Numbered from the stretch's first letter, positions 42,745 to 52,768 are shown. The stretch: DNA of 64,000 nt from an uncultured Sutterella sp. (GCF_905198475.1 NZ_CAJKCQ010000001.1); one strand, 5' to 3'. A program made the numbers and translations. Notes: generated from the sequence alone by a model not told the origin.

Positions 42745-43845
42745 TCAGACGATCACCGCCACGGCCTTCACGAGCGCCCAGACGGAAAGGCCCGGCGCGA
42801 GGCCGAGCTCCGCGGCGGACTCGCGCAGCACCCGCGCGAGGATGCGGCCTTCGCCCGAGCGCGCCTTGAGCTTCACCGTGAGGTAGGCGCCTTCGGAACC
42901 GCAGGGGGCGCCGAGCTCCTCGACCACCGCCGGAAGGGCGTTGCGGATCGAGAGGCCCACGGGCTTGTCCAACGCAAGGCTCACGTCGCGCGCGAGGATG
43001 CGCAGACGAACGTCCGATCCGACGCCGAACCCCGCGGCGACCGCCTCGACCCTCCAGCCGTCCGCGGCGACCACGGCCGAGCGCCAGACGTCGGAGACGG
43101 ACTCGACGCGGCCCCGGAGGACGGTCGAGGCGCCGTACTCGGTTTCGACGGGCACCTTGACGTTGCCGAGAACCTCGGCGAGCGGTCCCGCGGCGCGCAC
43201 CTTCCCCTCCTGCATGACGACGAGTTCGTCGGCGAGCCGCGTCATTTCGTCGGCAGAATGCGTGACGTAGAGGATCGGCACGCGCAGCTCCCCGCGCAGC
43301 TTCTCGAGCCAAGGCAGAATCTCGCGCTTTCTCGCGTAGTCGAGGGCCGCGAGGGGCTCGTCCATGAGCAGGATGTCCGGGCGGAGGCAGAGCGCGCGCG
43401 CGATCGCGCAGCGCTGCCGCTCGCCGCCGGAGAGCTGCGAGACGCGCCGTCCGAGCAGATGCCCGATGCCGAGGAGCTCCACGGCCTTGGCGAGGCGCTC
43501 GCGGCCGTCCTTCACCTTCGTGCGCTCGAGCCCGAAGGTGAGGTTCTTCTCAACGTTGAGGTGCGCGAAGAGGCTCGCCTCCTGAAAGACGTACCCAAGG
43601 CTGCGCTCGTAGGTCGGGCGGAAGACGCCCTTGTCGTCGTCCTGCCAAACTTCGTTGCCGATGCGCACGATGCCGTGGGCGCGCTCGAGGCCCGCGACGC
43701 ACCGGAGCACCGTGGTCTTGCCGCAGCCCGAGGGGCCGAAGAGCACCGTGATCCCCTCGCTCGGAATGCGCAGATCCGCCTCAAGTGTGAAGCCCGTGCT
43801 GCGGGCGAGCGAGAGGCGCACTTCGCCGAAATGAAGTTCCGACAT
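42745..43845 (-). CDS. modC: Molybdate ABC transporter ATP-binding protein with C-terminal TOBE domain
   Basis: Walker A GPSGCGKTT, LSGGERQRCAIARAL, Walker B LLMDEPLAALD, plus a C-terminal Mop/TOBE domain. Confidence 0.85.
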   Translation of the reverse strand: MSELHFGEVRLSLARSTGFTLEADLRIPSEGITVLFGPSGCGKTTVLRCVAGLERAHGIVRIGNEVWQDDDKGVFRPTYERSLGYVFQEASLFAHLNVEKNLTFGLERTKVKDGRERLAKAVELLGIGHLLGRRVSQLSGGERQRCAIARALCLRPDILLMDEPLAALDYARKREILPWLEKLRGELRVPILYVTHSADEMTRLADELVVMQEGKVRAAGPLAEVLGNVKVPVETEYGASTVLRGRVESVSDVWRSAVVAADGWRVEAVAAGFGVGSDVRLRILARDVSLALDKPVGLSIRNALPAVVEELGAPCGSEGAYLTVKLKARSGEGRILARVLRESAAELGLAPGLSVWALVKAVAVIV

Positions 43846-43864
43846 CGGATTTCTCCCCTGGGAA

Positions 43865-44557
43865 TCACTGCGCGTCGCGGCGCTTGTTGAGAAGGTTGAG
43901 GCTCATGAGGACGATGAAGCTGAAGATCAGCATGCCGCCCGCGAGCACGTGGGCTTTGGCGTACTCCATCGCCTCGACGTGCGTGTAGATCTCCGTCGAG
44001 ACGACCTGGGTCTTCCCGGGAATGTTGCCGCCGATCATGAGCACCACGCCGAATTCGCCGATCGTGTGGGCGAAGGTCATCAGGATGCCGGTGATGATGC
44101 CCGGACGCGCGAGGGGCATCACGACGTTCACGAAGGCGTCGAAGGGCCGGCAGCGCAGCGTCGCCGCCACCTCCATCGGCCGCTCGCCGATGCCCTCGAA
44201 CGCCGTGACGAGGGGCTGCACCATGAAGGGCAGCGAATAGACTACCGAGCCGATCACGAGGCCTGGGAAGCTGAAGTTCAGCACGCCGAGGCCGAGCGAC
44301 TCGGTGAGCATGCCGAGCGGACCGTGAGGCCCGAGGGCCACGAGGATGTAGAAGCCGAGTACCGAGGGCGGCAGCACGAGCGGGAGGGTCACCACCGCGT
44401 TCACCACCGGGCACCAGCGGCTTCTGCCGCGGGCGAGCCACCAGGAGAGCGGCAGGCCGAGCACGAGGAGCACGCAGGTCGTGACCGCGGCGAGCTCAAG
44501 CGAGAGCTCGACGGGCTCGAGCGAGATGCCGCCCACCAAATCGAGGAGCCAGTCCAT
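43865..44557 (-). CDS. modB: Molybdate ABC transporter permease
   Basis: About 230 aa, five TM segments; the EAA-like loop region (...EAA...G...) is conserved in the ModB family. Confidence 0.85.
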   Translation of the reverse strand: MDWLLDLVGGISLEPVELSLELAAVTTCVLLVLGLPLSWWLARGRSRWCPVVNAVVTLPLVLPPSVLGFYILVALGPHGPLGMLTESLGLGVLNFSFPGLVIGSVVYSLPFMVQPLVTAFEGIGERPMEVAATLRCRPFDAFVNVVMPLARPGIITGILMTFAHTIGEFGVVLMIGGNIPGKTQVVSTEIYTHVEAMEYAKAHVLAGGMLIFSFIVLMSLNLLNKRRDAQ

Positions 44558-44754
44558 GAGAGAGAGATCTTTGCAATGAGGGTTGGAGGGGCGGTTCCTC
44601 GCGGAAGCGCCCCCGGAAAGGAAAAGAAAAAACTGGGGAGAACGTTTGGGTTCCCTCCGGAGAAAAGCGTCCGTCTCAAGAACGCGTGGAAATCGTTTCC
44701 CCTGCGGAGCGCCTCCGCCAGCATGCGGGCGCGCTCCGGCGGGAGTTGTCGGAA

Positions 44755-45513
44755 TTAATTGGCCGTGCCGTAGCCGTAGGCGGTGCGCACGTCCGTCGCA
44801 GCCTGGCTTTCCTTGAGGAACTTCAGGAAGCGCTTGGCGCCTTCGTTCTTCTCACCGGCCTTGAGCAGAACGGCGTCCTGCTTGATCTCGCCGTAGAGCT
44901 CCTGCGGGATCACGTAGCCCGAACCGGAGGTGAACTTGCCGCCCTTGAAGCACTGCGAGAGGGCGATGAAGCCCGCTTCCGCGTTGCCCGTCTTGACGAA
45001 CTGGTAGGTCTTGCCGATGTTGTCGCCGATCACGGTCTTGCCTTCGACGGCCGACTCAAGGCCGAGGGACTTGAGGGTCTCGTAGGCGGCTTCGCCGTAG
45101 GGGGCGAGCTTCGGGTTGGCGATGGCGACGTGCTTCACGTCGGCGGACTTCAGAGCTGCGGTGACGTCGTTCTTCACGAGGTTGGCGTCAGCCGACCAAA
45201 GAACGAGCTTGCCCACGGCGTAGGTGTAGGTGGAGCCGGCGACACCGTAGCCTTCCGTGACGGCCTTGGCGGGGGTCTTCGCGTCGGCGGCGAGGAGCAC
45301 GTCGAACGGAGCGCCGTTCTTGATCTGGGCGTAGAAGGCGCCCGTCGCGCCGAAGGAGAGGACGAGCTTGTCGCCCGTGGTCTTCTCATAAATCGGCTGC
45401 AGATCCTTCGCGGGAGCGGTGAAGTTCGCGGCGACGGCGACGTGCACTTCTTCGGCGCTCACCGAGAAGGCGGTGCAGGCGATGACGGCGACGGCCGTGA
45501 GAGTCTTCTTCAT
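44755..45513 (-). CDS. modA: Molybdate-binding periplasmic protein
   Basis: Signal MKKTLTAVAVIACTAFSVSA; ModA-like body (VAVAANFTAP..., SFGATG). Start at 45513. Confidence 0.85.
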   Translation of the reverse strand: MKKTLTAVAVIACTAFSVSAEEVHVAVAANFTAPAKDLQPIYEKTTGDKLVLSFGATGAFYAQIKNGAPFDVLLAADAKTPAKAVTEGYGVAGSTYTYAVGKLVLWSADANLVKNDVTAALKSADVKHVAIANPKLAPYGEAAYETLKSLGLESAVEGKTVIGDNIGKTYQFVKTGNAEAGFIALSQCFKGGKFTSGSGYVIPQELYGEIKQDAVLLKAGEKNEGAKRFLKFLKESQAATDVRTAYGYGTAN

Positions 45514-45620
45514 TTGCTCATATCCCCTAAAGGCGTCCCTGTACTTGCCGCGCGACGCAGGCGGACCGAGCGGGACGAAATAAAATCGGAAGCGCGGATG
45601 CACCCTCCCTCAAAAGGGAG

Positions 45621-45643
45621 CGCTATTCTTTATCAGAATAGCG
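45621..45643. promoter_or_regulatory. ModE operator: perfect inverted repeat CGCTATTCT-N5-AGAATAGCG in the modA/modE divergent region
   Basis: Read directly from the sequence: a 9-5-9 palindrome resembling the E. coli ModE box (CGTTATATT-N-AATATAACG), about 110 bp upstream of modA and 65 bp upstream of modE. Confidence 0.6.
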
Positions 45644-45707
45644 ACCCAGAGAAACACAATCAACCCCCTCTCGGGTGATTTTTTCTACTCCCATGGAGCC
45701 ATACGAC

Positions 45708-46496
45708 ATGTCCGACAGCCCCGCCGACCCGAAGCTTCTCGCCGGGATTCTCTCCGAACAGACCGACAAACGCGTGGACATTCTGCGTCGCATCGCCGAC
45801 GTCGGATCCATCTCCGAAGCGGCGCGGAGCGCCGGGGTGAGCTACAAGGCCGCCTGGCAAGCGATCGACACGCTCACGAACCTCGCCGGGACGCCGCTCG
45901 TCGAAAAGGTGGTCGGGGGCGCGCACGGCGGCGGCACGCGGCTCACCTCGGCCGGGCGCATGGTGCTCGACCTCGCCGACGAACTCGCCCGCGCGCGCCG
46001 GGCGGTTTTGGAGCGCTTTTCCGCCGCGGCGACCGGCGCCCCACACGCGGCCCTCGCTCGGGTGTCCGCGGCGTCGCTGCAGACCTCGATGCGCAACCAG
46101 TTCCCCGCGGTGATCGAGACGATGAAGATCGGCTCGGCGCTCGTGAAGCTCATCCTGAGGATCGACGACACGCACCTCATCCGCGCATCGGTGACGAAGG
46201 AGTCCGCGCAGCTCCTCAGCCTGCGCGAAGGCATGGAGGTGCTCGCGCTCGCCAAGGCGACCGCCGTCAACATCACCGCGGACTATCCGGAAGACTCCGA
46301 CGCGCGCGAAGCGAACCTCATCGTGGGCGAGGTGATCCGCAGCGAGCGCGCCGCGCGCGGCGGCGAATGCTCGATCCACCTGCCCTCCGGACTCGTGATC
46401 GTGGGGTTCGCGCGCGCCGGCCACGGGCTCAAGCTGCACCAGAAGGCGGTCGCGTCGCTGCCGCCCTCGGTGATCGTGATCGCGCTCGCCAAGTAG
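45708..46496 (+). CDS. modE: Molybdate-dependent transcriptional regulator ModE (HTH plus tandem Mop/TOBE domains)
   Basis: ILRRIADVGSISEAARSAGVSYKAAWQAID matches the ModE HTH; two Mop domains follow (SMRNQFPAVIE..., SVTKESAQLLSLREG...). Alternative starts are at 45675 and 45693. Confidence 0.8.
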   Translation: MSDSPADPKLLAGILSEQTDKRVDILRRIADVGSISEAARSAGVSYKAAWQAIDTLTNLAGTPLVEKVVGGAHGGGTRLTSAGRMVLDLADELARARRAVLERFSAAATGAPHAALARVSAASLQTSMRNQFPAVIETMKIGSALVKLILRIDDTHLIRASVTKESAQLLSLREGMEVLALAKATAVNITADYPEDSDAREANLIVGEVIRSERAARGGECSIHLPSGLVIVGFARAGHGLKLHQKAVASLPPSVIVIALAK

Positions 46497-46571
46497 GACT
46501 TCCCGCGCGCCGCCTAGCTCTTAAGCATCAGGGGGCTCCCTCCAAAGGAAGCCTGCGAAAACCCTGCAATA

Positions 46572-46585
46572 TTGACGCTTATCAA
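46572..46585 (+). promoter_or_regulatory. FNR/CRP-type box TTGAC-N4-ATCAA upstream of the NapC/NirT cytochrome gene
   Basis: TTGACGCTTATCAA read directly from a lower-GC promoter region, about 180 bp upstream of the ATG. Confidence 0.3.
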
Positions 46586-46764
46586 ATTCTTAAACCCCGC
46601 GTTTACACATGGTTGCATATCATTGCGCCTGAAGAAAAAAACGGCCTGTTTACACCGTACTTCAGCATTTTCCTGACCCCGACTTCCGCCCCAAGCGCCC
46701 GCCGCAACAGAACAATCCTGCAGGAAGCCGACAGAACAATTACATCCAAACAAAGGTTCCTACC

Positions 46765-47355
46765 ATGAAAAAAGACAGCCCCTGGTATCTCGCGCTCTGG
46801 TGCGTCGTCGGCGTTGCGATCGGCATCGTCTTCGTCGGCGTTCTCACTTCGGTCGTTCACTGGGCCGGCACGGAGAAGTTCTGCGGCGAGTTCTGCCACT
46901 CGATGGACGTCACGTACACGGCCTATCAGAAGGGCCTGCACTTCCGCACGGGTTCGGGCGCCACGGCCGGCTGCTCGGACTGCCACCTGAAGAACGAGTC
47001 GAACCACTTCGCCGGCCCGATCGACTACACGGCGCTCCTGATCGACAAGGCGATCGCCGGCTCGAAGTCCCTCTTCGGTGAAATCCGCGGCACGATGAGC
47101 ACCCCCGAGAAGCAGCTCGAGAAGCGCCCCGAAATGGCGACCGCCGTCCATCAGCAGATGATCGACCGCGACTTCTCCGCCTGCCGCGGCTGCCACGACG
47201 TCACCCGCATGTACGATCCGAAGCGTCCGCTCATCGGCGCCATCCACAAGGGCATGGGCCCCAACGCCGAGAAGAAGGTTGACTGCCTCGCCTGCCACCC
47301 GACGGCCGGCCACAACTACGGCTACGTGATCCCGTTCAAGGCCGCCGCGAAGTAA
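46765..47355 (+). CDS. NapC/NirT-family membrane-anchored tetraheme cytochrome c (quinol dehydrogenase)
   Basis: N-terminal TM helix followed by four CxxCH motifs (CGEFCH, CSDCH, CRGCH, CLACH) in about 196 aa. Confidence 0.8.
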   Translation: MKKDSPWYLALWCVVGVAIGIVFVGVLTSVVHWAGTEKFCGEFCHSMDVTYTAYQKGLHFRTGSGATAGCSDCHLKNESNHFAGPIDYTALLIDKAIAGSKSLFGEIRGTMSTPEKQLEKRPEMATAVHQQMIDRDFSACRGCHDVTRMYDPKRPLIGAIHKGMGPNAEKKVDCLACHPTAGHNYGYVIPFKAAAK

Positions 47356-47387
47356 TCCCCGCGCAAGCCTGAGGAATCCTCAGAAAA

Positions 47388-47419
47388 ATCCCGGACCGGA
47401 AGCGGCCCGGGATTTTTTT
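47388..47419 (+). terminator. Rho-independent terminator
   Basis: ATCCCGGACCGG-AAG-CGGCCCGGGAT hairpin followed by TTTTTTTC. Confidence 0.7.
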
Positions 47420-47542
47420 CGTCCCCGCGCCGGGCCCTTAGAATGCATCAACAGCATTCCCGCCGCGGCAGGGCGGCGCCCGGGGGAGCCTCCCCCGTCG
47501 AACGCCCGCGCCGCGGAAACATTCACTTCCGTGTTGACATTC

Positions 47543-50215
47543 ATGGGCAAGACCATTCACCGCGGCGACTATCGCGCGCCGTCGCACCTTGTTGAAACGA
47601 TCCGGCTCGAGTTCGACCTCGACGCCGACGAAACGCTCGTCAAGAGCACGCTTGAAGTCCGTCCGAACCCCGAGTCCGCCGATCCCTCGGCGCCCCTCTT
47701 TCTGAACGGCGAGGACGTGAAGCTCGTCTCGGTCGCACTCGACGGGCGCGAACTGCACGAGGGCGAATACACCCTCGACGCGCACGGCCTCACGATCCCC
47801 GGCGTCACCGCCCCCGCGTCGGTCGAGATCCGCAGCACCTTCAGCCCGAAGGCGAACACCGCACTCTCGGGCATCTACGCCTCGGGCGCGAACCTCATGA
47901 GCCAGTGTGAGGCGCAGGGGTTCCGCCGCATCACCTTCTTCCCGGACCGCCCCGACGTCCTCTCGCGCTACACGACCGTGATCCGCGGTTCGACCGAGAC
48001 CTATCCGGTGATGCTCTCGAACGGCAACCTCACGACCGAACGAATGCTCGACGACGGACGGCGTGAAGTCACCTACGTCGATCCCTTCCCGAAGCCCTGC
48101 TACCTCTTCGCCCTCGTGGCGGGGCGGTTGGTCTCGCGCGCCTCGAAGTTCGACCTCAAGGACGGCCGTACGGTGGACCTCTCCGTCTGGGTGGATCCGC
48201 AGGACCTCGACAAGACCGAGCACACGCTCGAGAGCCTCAAGCGCGCCATCCGCTGGGACGAGGAGCGCTGGGGGCTCGAGCTCGACCTCAAGGACTTCAA
48301 GATCGTCGCGACGAACGACTTCAACTTCGGCGCGATGGAGAACAAGGGCCTCAACATCTTCAATGCGCGCTGCGCGCTCGCCAACCCCGCCGTCGCGACC
48401 GACGCGGACTATGAGCGCATCGAGGGCGTGGTCGGCCACGAGTACTTCCACAACTGGACGGGCGACCGCGTGACGCTGCGCGACTGGTTCCAACTCACGC
48501 TCAAGGAGGGCCTCACGGTCTTCCGCGACCAGGAGTTCACTGCCGACATGCTGGGCGAACCCTCCGCGCGCGCCGTGAAGCGCATCCGCGACGTCGAGTA
48601 CCTGCGCGCGGCGCAGTTCGTCGAGGACGCCGGCCCCATGTCGCACCCGATCCGCCCCGAGAGCTACCAGAACATCAACAACTTCTACACGGTGACCGTC
48701 TACGAGAAGGGCGCGGAGGTGATCCGCATGCTCCAGACGCTCCTCGGGCGCGAGGTCTTCCGCAAGGGCTTCGACCGCTACATCGCCGTGAACGACGGGC
48801 ACGCCGTCACGTGCGAGGCGTTCCTCAAGGCGATGGAGGAGGCGTCGGGACGCGACCTCTCGCAGTTCGCCAACTGGTACGCGCAGTCGGGCACGCCCCG
48901 CGTCACCGTGCGCACGAGCTGGGACGCCGCCGCGGGCCGCCTCACGCTCACGGCCGAGCAGACCACCCCGGCGACGCCGGGCCAGCCCGTGAAGCGCCCC
49001 TTCCTGATTCCCTTCCCCGTCGCCTTCCTTTCGGCCGCGGGCGAGGAGCTCCCCGTGCGGCTCGCGGGCGAGGCCGAGGATCCGCTCCCGGGCACCCGCA
49101 TGTTCGAGCTCACCGAAGAGCGCACGACCTTCGTCTTTGAGGGCCTCGCCGAGAAGCCCGTCCTCTCGCTCAACCGCGGCTTCGCCGCGCCGGTGATCCT
49201 CGACGCGGGGCTCAACGACGAGGAGACGGCCTTCCTCGCCGCCAACGACCCGGATCCCTTCAACCGCTGGAACGCGATGAACCGGCTCCTCATCGACGCC
49301 GTGCACGCCCAGACGCGCGCGAAGCTTCTGCGCCAACCCGAGGAGGTCTCGCCCCTCGTGATCGGCGCGGCCGCGCAGATCCTCAAGAACCCGACCCTCT
49401 CGCCCGCCTTCAAGGCGGTCGCCCTCGCGATGCCGGGCGAAAAGCTCGTCGCCGAGGAGGATCCGCTCATCGACCCGCACGCCGTCCATGCAGGCTGGGT
49501 CGCCGTGCGTCAGGCGCTCGGCGAGAAGAACCTCTCGGCCTTCCTCGAGACGGCGGCCGAAATGGTGGTTGAGGGCCCGTACGAGCCCACGCCCGAGAAG
49601 GCCGGCCGCCGCGCCCTCCGGAACCTCGCGCTCGGCTACGCCCATGCGGCCGGGTCGCCGCGCGCCGCGATCATGATCAAGGACCAGTTCCACGAAGCGA
49701 CGAACCTCACGGACCGCCTCGCCGCACTGCAGATGATGGCGAACTCGCAGACCCCCGCCAAGCAGGACATGGAGGTCGAGGCGCTCAAGGCCTGGTACAA
49801 CGAGCCGCTGCTCATCAACAAGTGGCTCACGATCCAGGCGACCTCGCCCTCGTTCCCGGGCGAGCCCCCGGTGCTCGAACGCGTGAAGGAGCTCACGCGC
49901 TGCCCGTTCTTCTCGATGAAGAACCCGAACAACGTGTACGCGCTCCTCTGCGCCTTCTTCCAGCAGAACCCGTCGGAATTCCACCTTGCCGACGGCTCGG
50001 GCTACGCCTTCTGGGCCGAGATGGTGCTCGAACTCAACCGCATCAATCCGCAGGTGGCCGCCCGCGCGGCCCGTGCGCTCGACCAATGGCGCCGCTACAC
50101 GCCCGCGCTCTCGCGCCGCATGCACGAAGCGCTCCTCTCGGTCGAGGCGAAGAAGAGCGAGCTCTCGCCCAACGTCGCCGAGATCATCGAGAAGGCGCTC
50201 GCCAATCCCCTTTGA
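47543..50215 (+). CDS. pepN: Aminopeptidase N
   Basis: HRGDYRAPSHLVETIRLEFDLD N-terminus as in E. coli PepN; GAMENKGLNIFN; HEYFHNWTGD zinc-binding HExxH; four-domain length of about 890 aa. The antisense minus-strand ORF 47438..50224 is an artefact. Confidence 0.9.
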   Translation: MGKTIHRGDYRAPSHLVETIRLEFDLDADETLVKSTLEVRPNPESADPSAPLFLNGEDVKLVSVALDGRELHEGEYTLDAHGLTIPGVTAPASVEIRSTFSPKANTALSGIYASGANLMSQCEAQGFRRITFFPDRPDVLSRYTTVIRGSTETYPVMLSNGNLTTERMLDDGRREVTYVDPFPKPCYLFALVAGRLVSRASKFDLKDGRTVDLSVWVDPQDLDKTEHTLESLKRAIRWDEERWGLELDLKDFKIVATNDFNFGAMENKGLNIFNARCALANPAVATDADYERIEGVVGHEYFHNWTGDRVTLRDWFQLTLKEGLTVFRDQEFTADMLGEPSARAVKRIRDVEYLRAAQFVEDAGPMSHPIRPESYQNINNFYTVTVYEKGAEVIRMLQTLLGREVFRKGFDRYIAVNDGHAVTCEAFLKAMEEASGRDLSQFANWYAQSGTPRVTVRTSWDAAAGRLTLTAEQTTPATPGQPVKRPFLIPFPVAFLSAAGEELPVRLAGEAEDPLPGTRMFELTEERTTFVFEGLAEKPVLSLNRGFAAPVILDAGLNDEETAFLAANDPDPFNRWNAMNRLLIDAVHAQTRAKLLRQPEEVSPLVIGAAAQILKNPTLSPAFKAVALAMPGEKLVAEEDPLIDPHAVHAGWVAVRQALGEKNLSAFLETAAEMVVEGPYEPTPEKAGRRALRNLALGYAHAAGSPRAAIMIKDQFHEATNLTDRLAALQMMANSQTPAKQDMEVEALKAWYNEPLLINKWLTIQATSPSFPGEPPVLERVKELTRCPFFSMKNPNNVYALLCAFFQQNPSEFHLADGSGYAFWAEMVLELNRINPQVAARAARALDQWRRYTPALSRRMHEALLSVEAKKSELSPNVAEIIEKALANPL

Positions 50216-50248
50216 CTCCACCATACGACAGAACAGAAGGAAAACGTC

Positions 50249-51247
50249 GTGACTCCTCTTTCACTGCAAGAATTCCTCGCGCGCGAAGAAGCGCTCGCCG
50301 GCTCCGATCCGGTTCTCTCCCGCCTCCTCACGGGCATCTCCGAAGCCTGCAAGGAGATCTCCGCCAAGGTCCGTGAAGGCGCCCTCGCGGGCGTGCTCGG
50401 CCTCGCCGGCAGCGAGAACGTCCAGGGCGAAGAGCAGAAGAAGCTCGACATCATCTCGAACGACATCTTCGTCGAGGCCGTCGCCCGCACGGGCGCCGTC
50501 TGCGGCATGGTAAGCGAGGAGGTGCCCGAGCCGATTCCCGTGCCCGAAGCGCTCCCGCTCGGCCCCTACCTCGCCTGCTTCGACCCGCTCGACGGCTCGA
50601 GCAACATCGACATCAACGTCTCGATCGGCTCGATCTTCGCGATCCTTCCGGCCGAGCGCCCGAAGCGCGTCCCCGAGGCCGCGCAGTTCCTGCAGCCCGG
50701 CCGCAGGCTCGTCGCCGCGGGCTACTGCATGTACGGCCCGCAGACGATCCTCGCCCTCACGCTCGGCCGCGGCGTCTTCCTCTTCACGCTCGACGACGTC
50801 ACGGGCACCTTCCGCCTCACGAAGGAGAACGTGACGGTGCCGCGCGAGGCCGCCGAGTTCGCGATCAACATGTCCAACGAGCGCTTCTGGGAAAAGCCCG
50901 TGCAGCGCTACATCGCCGAGCTCCTCGCGGGCAAGGACGGTCCGCGCGGGAAGAACTACAACATGCGCTGGATCGCGGCGATGGTCGCCGAAGTGCACCG
51001 CATCCTGATGCGCGGCGGCGTCTTCATGTACCCGCGCGACTCGCGCAATCCCGCGCGCGCCGGCAAGCTCCGCCTCCTCTACGAAGCCAACCCGATGTCG
51101 ATGCTCATCGAGAACGCGGGCGGCGCCGCGACGAACGGCCACGGGCCGATCCGCGACATCGTGCCGCATGAGATCCACGAACGCGTGGCGGTCTTCCTCG
51201 GCGCTGCCGAGGAGGTCGAGACGGTGACGGGCTACCACGCCGGCTGA
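50249..51247 (+). CDS. fbp: Fructose-1,6-bisphosphatase class 1
   Basis: Lengths and motifs match FBPase I (..[21 protein letters not shown].., [12 protein letters not shown]). Confidence 0.9.
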   Translation: MTPLSLQEFLAREEALAGSDPVLSRLLTGISEACKEISAKVREGALAGVLGLAGSENVQGEEQKKLDIISNDIFVEAVARTGAVCGMVSEEVPEPIPVPEALPLGPYLACFDPLDGSSNIDINVSIGSIFAILPAERPKRVPEAAQFLQPGRRLVAAGYCMYGPQTILALTLGRGVFLFTLDDVTGTFRLTKENVTVPREAAEFAINMSNERFWEKPVQRYIAELLAGKDGPRGKNYNMRWIAAMVAEVHRILMRGGVFMYPRDSRNPARAGKLRLLYEANPMSMLIENAGGAATNGHGPIRDIVPHEIHERVAVFLGAAEEVETVTGYHAG

Positions 51248-51338
51248 CGCCCGCCTCGACGAAGCACGTTCACCTCCCACCGCGCCGTCCCGGCCTCCCC
51301 TGAGGCCGCGGGCGGCGCTTTTTCATGGAGGCGGAGCC

Positions 51339-52079
51339 ATGCCGCTCCAATCCGTCTTTCAACTCTCCACGCTCAACGCCGTGATGCTCGGCGAATTCGA
51401 GCCCGCGATGACGGTCGCCCAACTCAAGCTCAAGGGCGACCTCGGCATCGGCACCTTCACGGGACTCGGCGGCGAGCTCATCCTGCTCGACGGGAGCGCC
51501 TGGAACGGCACCCACACGGGCAAGGCCATTCCCGTCCCCGACGAGACCGGCACGCCCTTTGCGTGCGCCGTGAGGTTCGCCCCCGAGCGGGCGGCCAAGC
51601 TCGGCGCCTTCGCGTCCTTCGCGCAGCTGCGCGCCGCGCTCGACGGCCTCCCCGAGGTGCGGGAGGCCCGCAACCGCATCACCGCGCTCCATCTGCGCGC
51701 CGCGAAGGTCCGCGCGGTCTTCCGCAGCTTCGCGCCCGCGCTGCGCCCCTGGAAGCCGATGAAGGAGACGCTCTTCATGCAGAAGGTGACGGAGATGCCG
51801 CTCGAGCTCGCCGACGTCGTGGGCTTTCGCTTTCCGGCGCACCTCGAAGGCGTCAACATGCCGGGCTGGCACCTCCACGTCCTGAGCGCTCCGGACGCCG
51901 AAGGTCGCCGCTGGGGCGGGCATCTCCTCGACCTCGCCGCGCCCGCGGGGGCCGAGGCGCGTCTCATGACCGCCCAAGGGCTCCACATCGCCTTCCCGAC
52001 GGGCGATGCCGGCAGACTCTTCGACGCGCTGCCCCTCGAATCGGACCTGCGGGAGGTGACCACGGCGGCCGAGGGCTGA
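51339..52079 (+). CDS. budA: Alpha-acetolactate decarboxylase
   Basis: VFQLSTLNAVMLGEFEPAMTVAQLKLKGDLGIGTFTGLGGELILLDG aligns with the BudA/AldC N-terminal signature (LYQTSLMSALLSGVYEG...HGDFGLGTF..LDGELI); C-terminal GWHLHVLS..GGHLLD matches too. Confidence 0.7.
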   Translation: MPLQSVFQLSTLNAVMLGEFEPAMTVAQLKLKGDLGIGTFTGLGGELILLDGSAWNGTHTGKAIPVPDETGTPFACAVRFAPERAAKLGAFASFAQLRAALDGLPEVREARNRITALHLRAAKVRAVFRSFAPALRPWKPMKETLFMQKVTEMPLELADVVGFRFPAHLEGVNMPGWHLHVLSAPDAEGRRWGGHLLDLAAPAGAEARLMTAQGLHIAFPTGDAGRLFDALPLESDLREVTTAAEG

Positions 52080-52195
52080 AGGCCGCTGCAGGCACGAAAA
52101 AGCCCCGCAGGAGACGCGCAGTGGCGCGCGCCGTCTGCGGGGCCGTCCGTCGCCCGGACCCAGGTGGATCCGGGAGGCGCGTCCTCTGAAGGGAA

Positions 52196-52768
52196 TCAAC
52201 CGAAGAGTTCGCCGAAGAGCTCCTTCTTCTTCTTTTCGTCCTTCACCTCGCCCTCCGAGGCGGGCAGCACGTTCGACACCTTCTTGTCGATGTCGAGAAG
52301 GCGCTGGCTCACCGCGTTCTGGGCGGCCGCCTGCTCCTCCTTCACCTGGTCGCGCAGAAGCGCGAACTGGCGGTCCTGCGCGTCGGCGCGCTCACGCACG
52401 AGCTTCTCGATCTCCTCGTTCTTCGCGACGATGAGCGCCTCGAGCTGGTCGAAGCGGGCGCGTACGTCCTTTCCGAGCTCGACGACGCGGCTCTTGTCGG
52501 CGTCGTCGGCCGCCTGACGCGCGATGCGGGCGTCCTTGTGCGCCTGACGGATCTCCACGACGACGCTCGCCTGCTGCCAGATCGTGTAGAGCATCAGGAT
52601 GGCGATCACGACGGCGAAGGAAACGACGACGATGATGCCGAGCGGCGCCTGGATCTCGTCGAAGACGAGGTTCACCGTCGTCACCGTCGAAAGCGTCGTC
52701 CAGTTGATGATGAGGAAGACGGCGAGCAGCACGAGGATGAGCATCATGGCGAGTGTGCGCAGCTTCAC
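52196..52768 (-). CDS. LapA-domain (DUF1049) inner-membrane protein with a C-terminal coiled coil
   Basis: GTG start preceded by AAGGAG. Two TM helices with the N..V..VF......APLG pattern of the LapA domain, then a charged coiled-coil tail. Confidence 0.5.
   Translation of the reverse strand: MKLRTLAMMLILVLLAVFLIINWTTLSTVTTVNLVFDEIQAPLGIIVVVSFAVVIAILMLYTIWQQASVVVEIRQAHKDARIARQAADDADKSRVVELGKDVRARFDQLEALIVAKNEEIEKLVRERADAQDRQFALLRDQVKEEQAAAQNAVSQRLLDIDKKVSNVLPASEGEVKDEKKKKELFGELFG

Noticed and set aside
47438-50224. 928-aa minus-strand ORF antisense to pepN
   Set aside because: pepN on the plus strand has an unmistakable HExxH/GAMEN aminopeptidase N signature. The antisense ORF is compositional.
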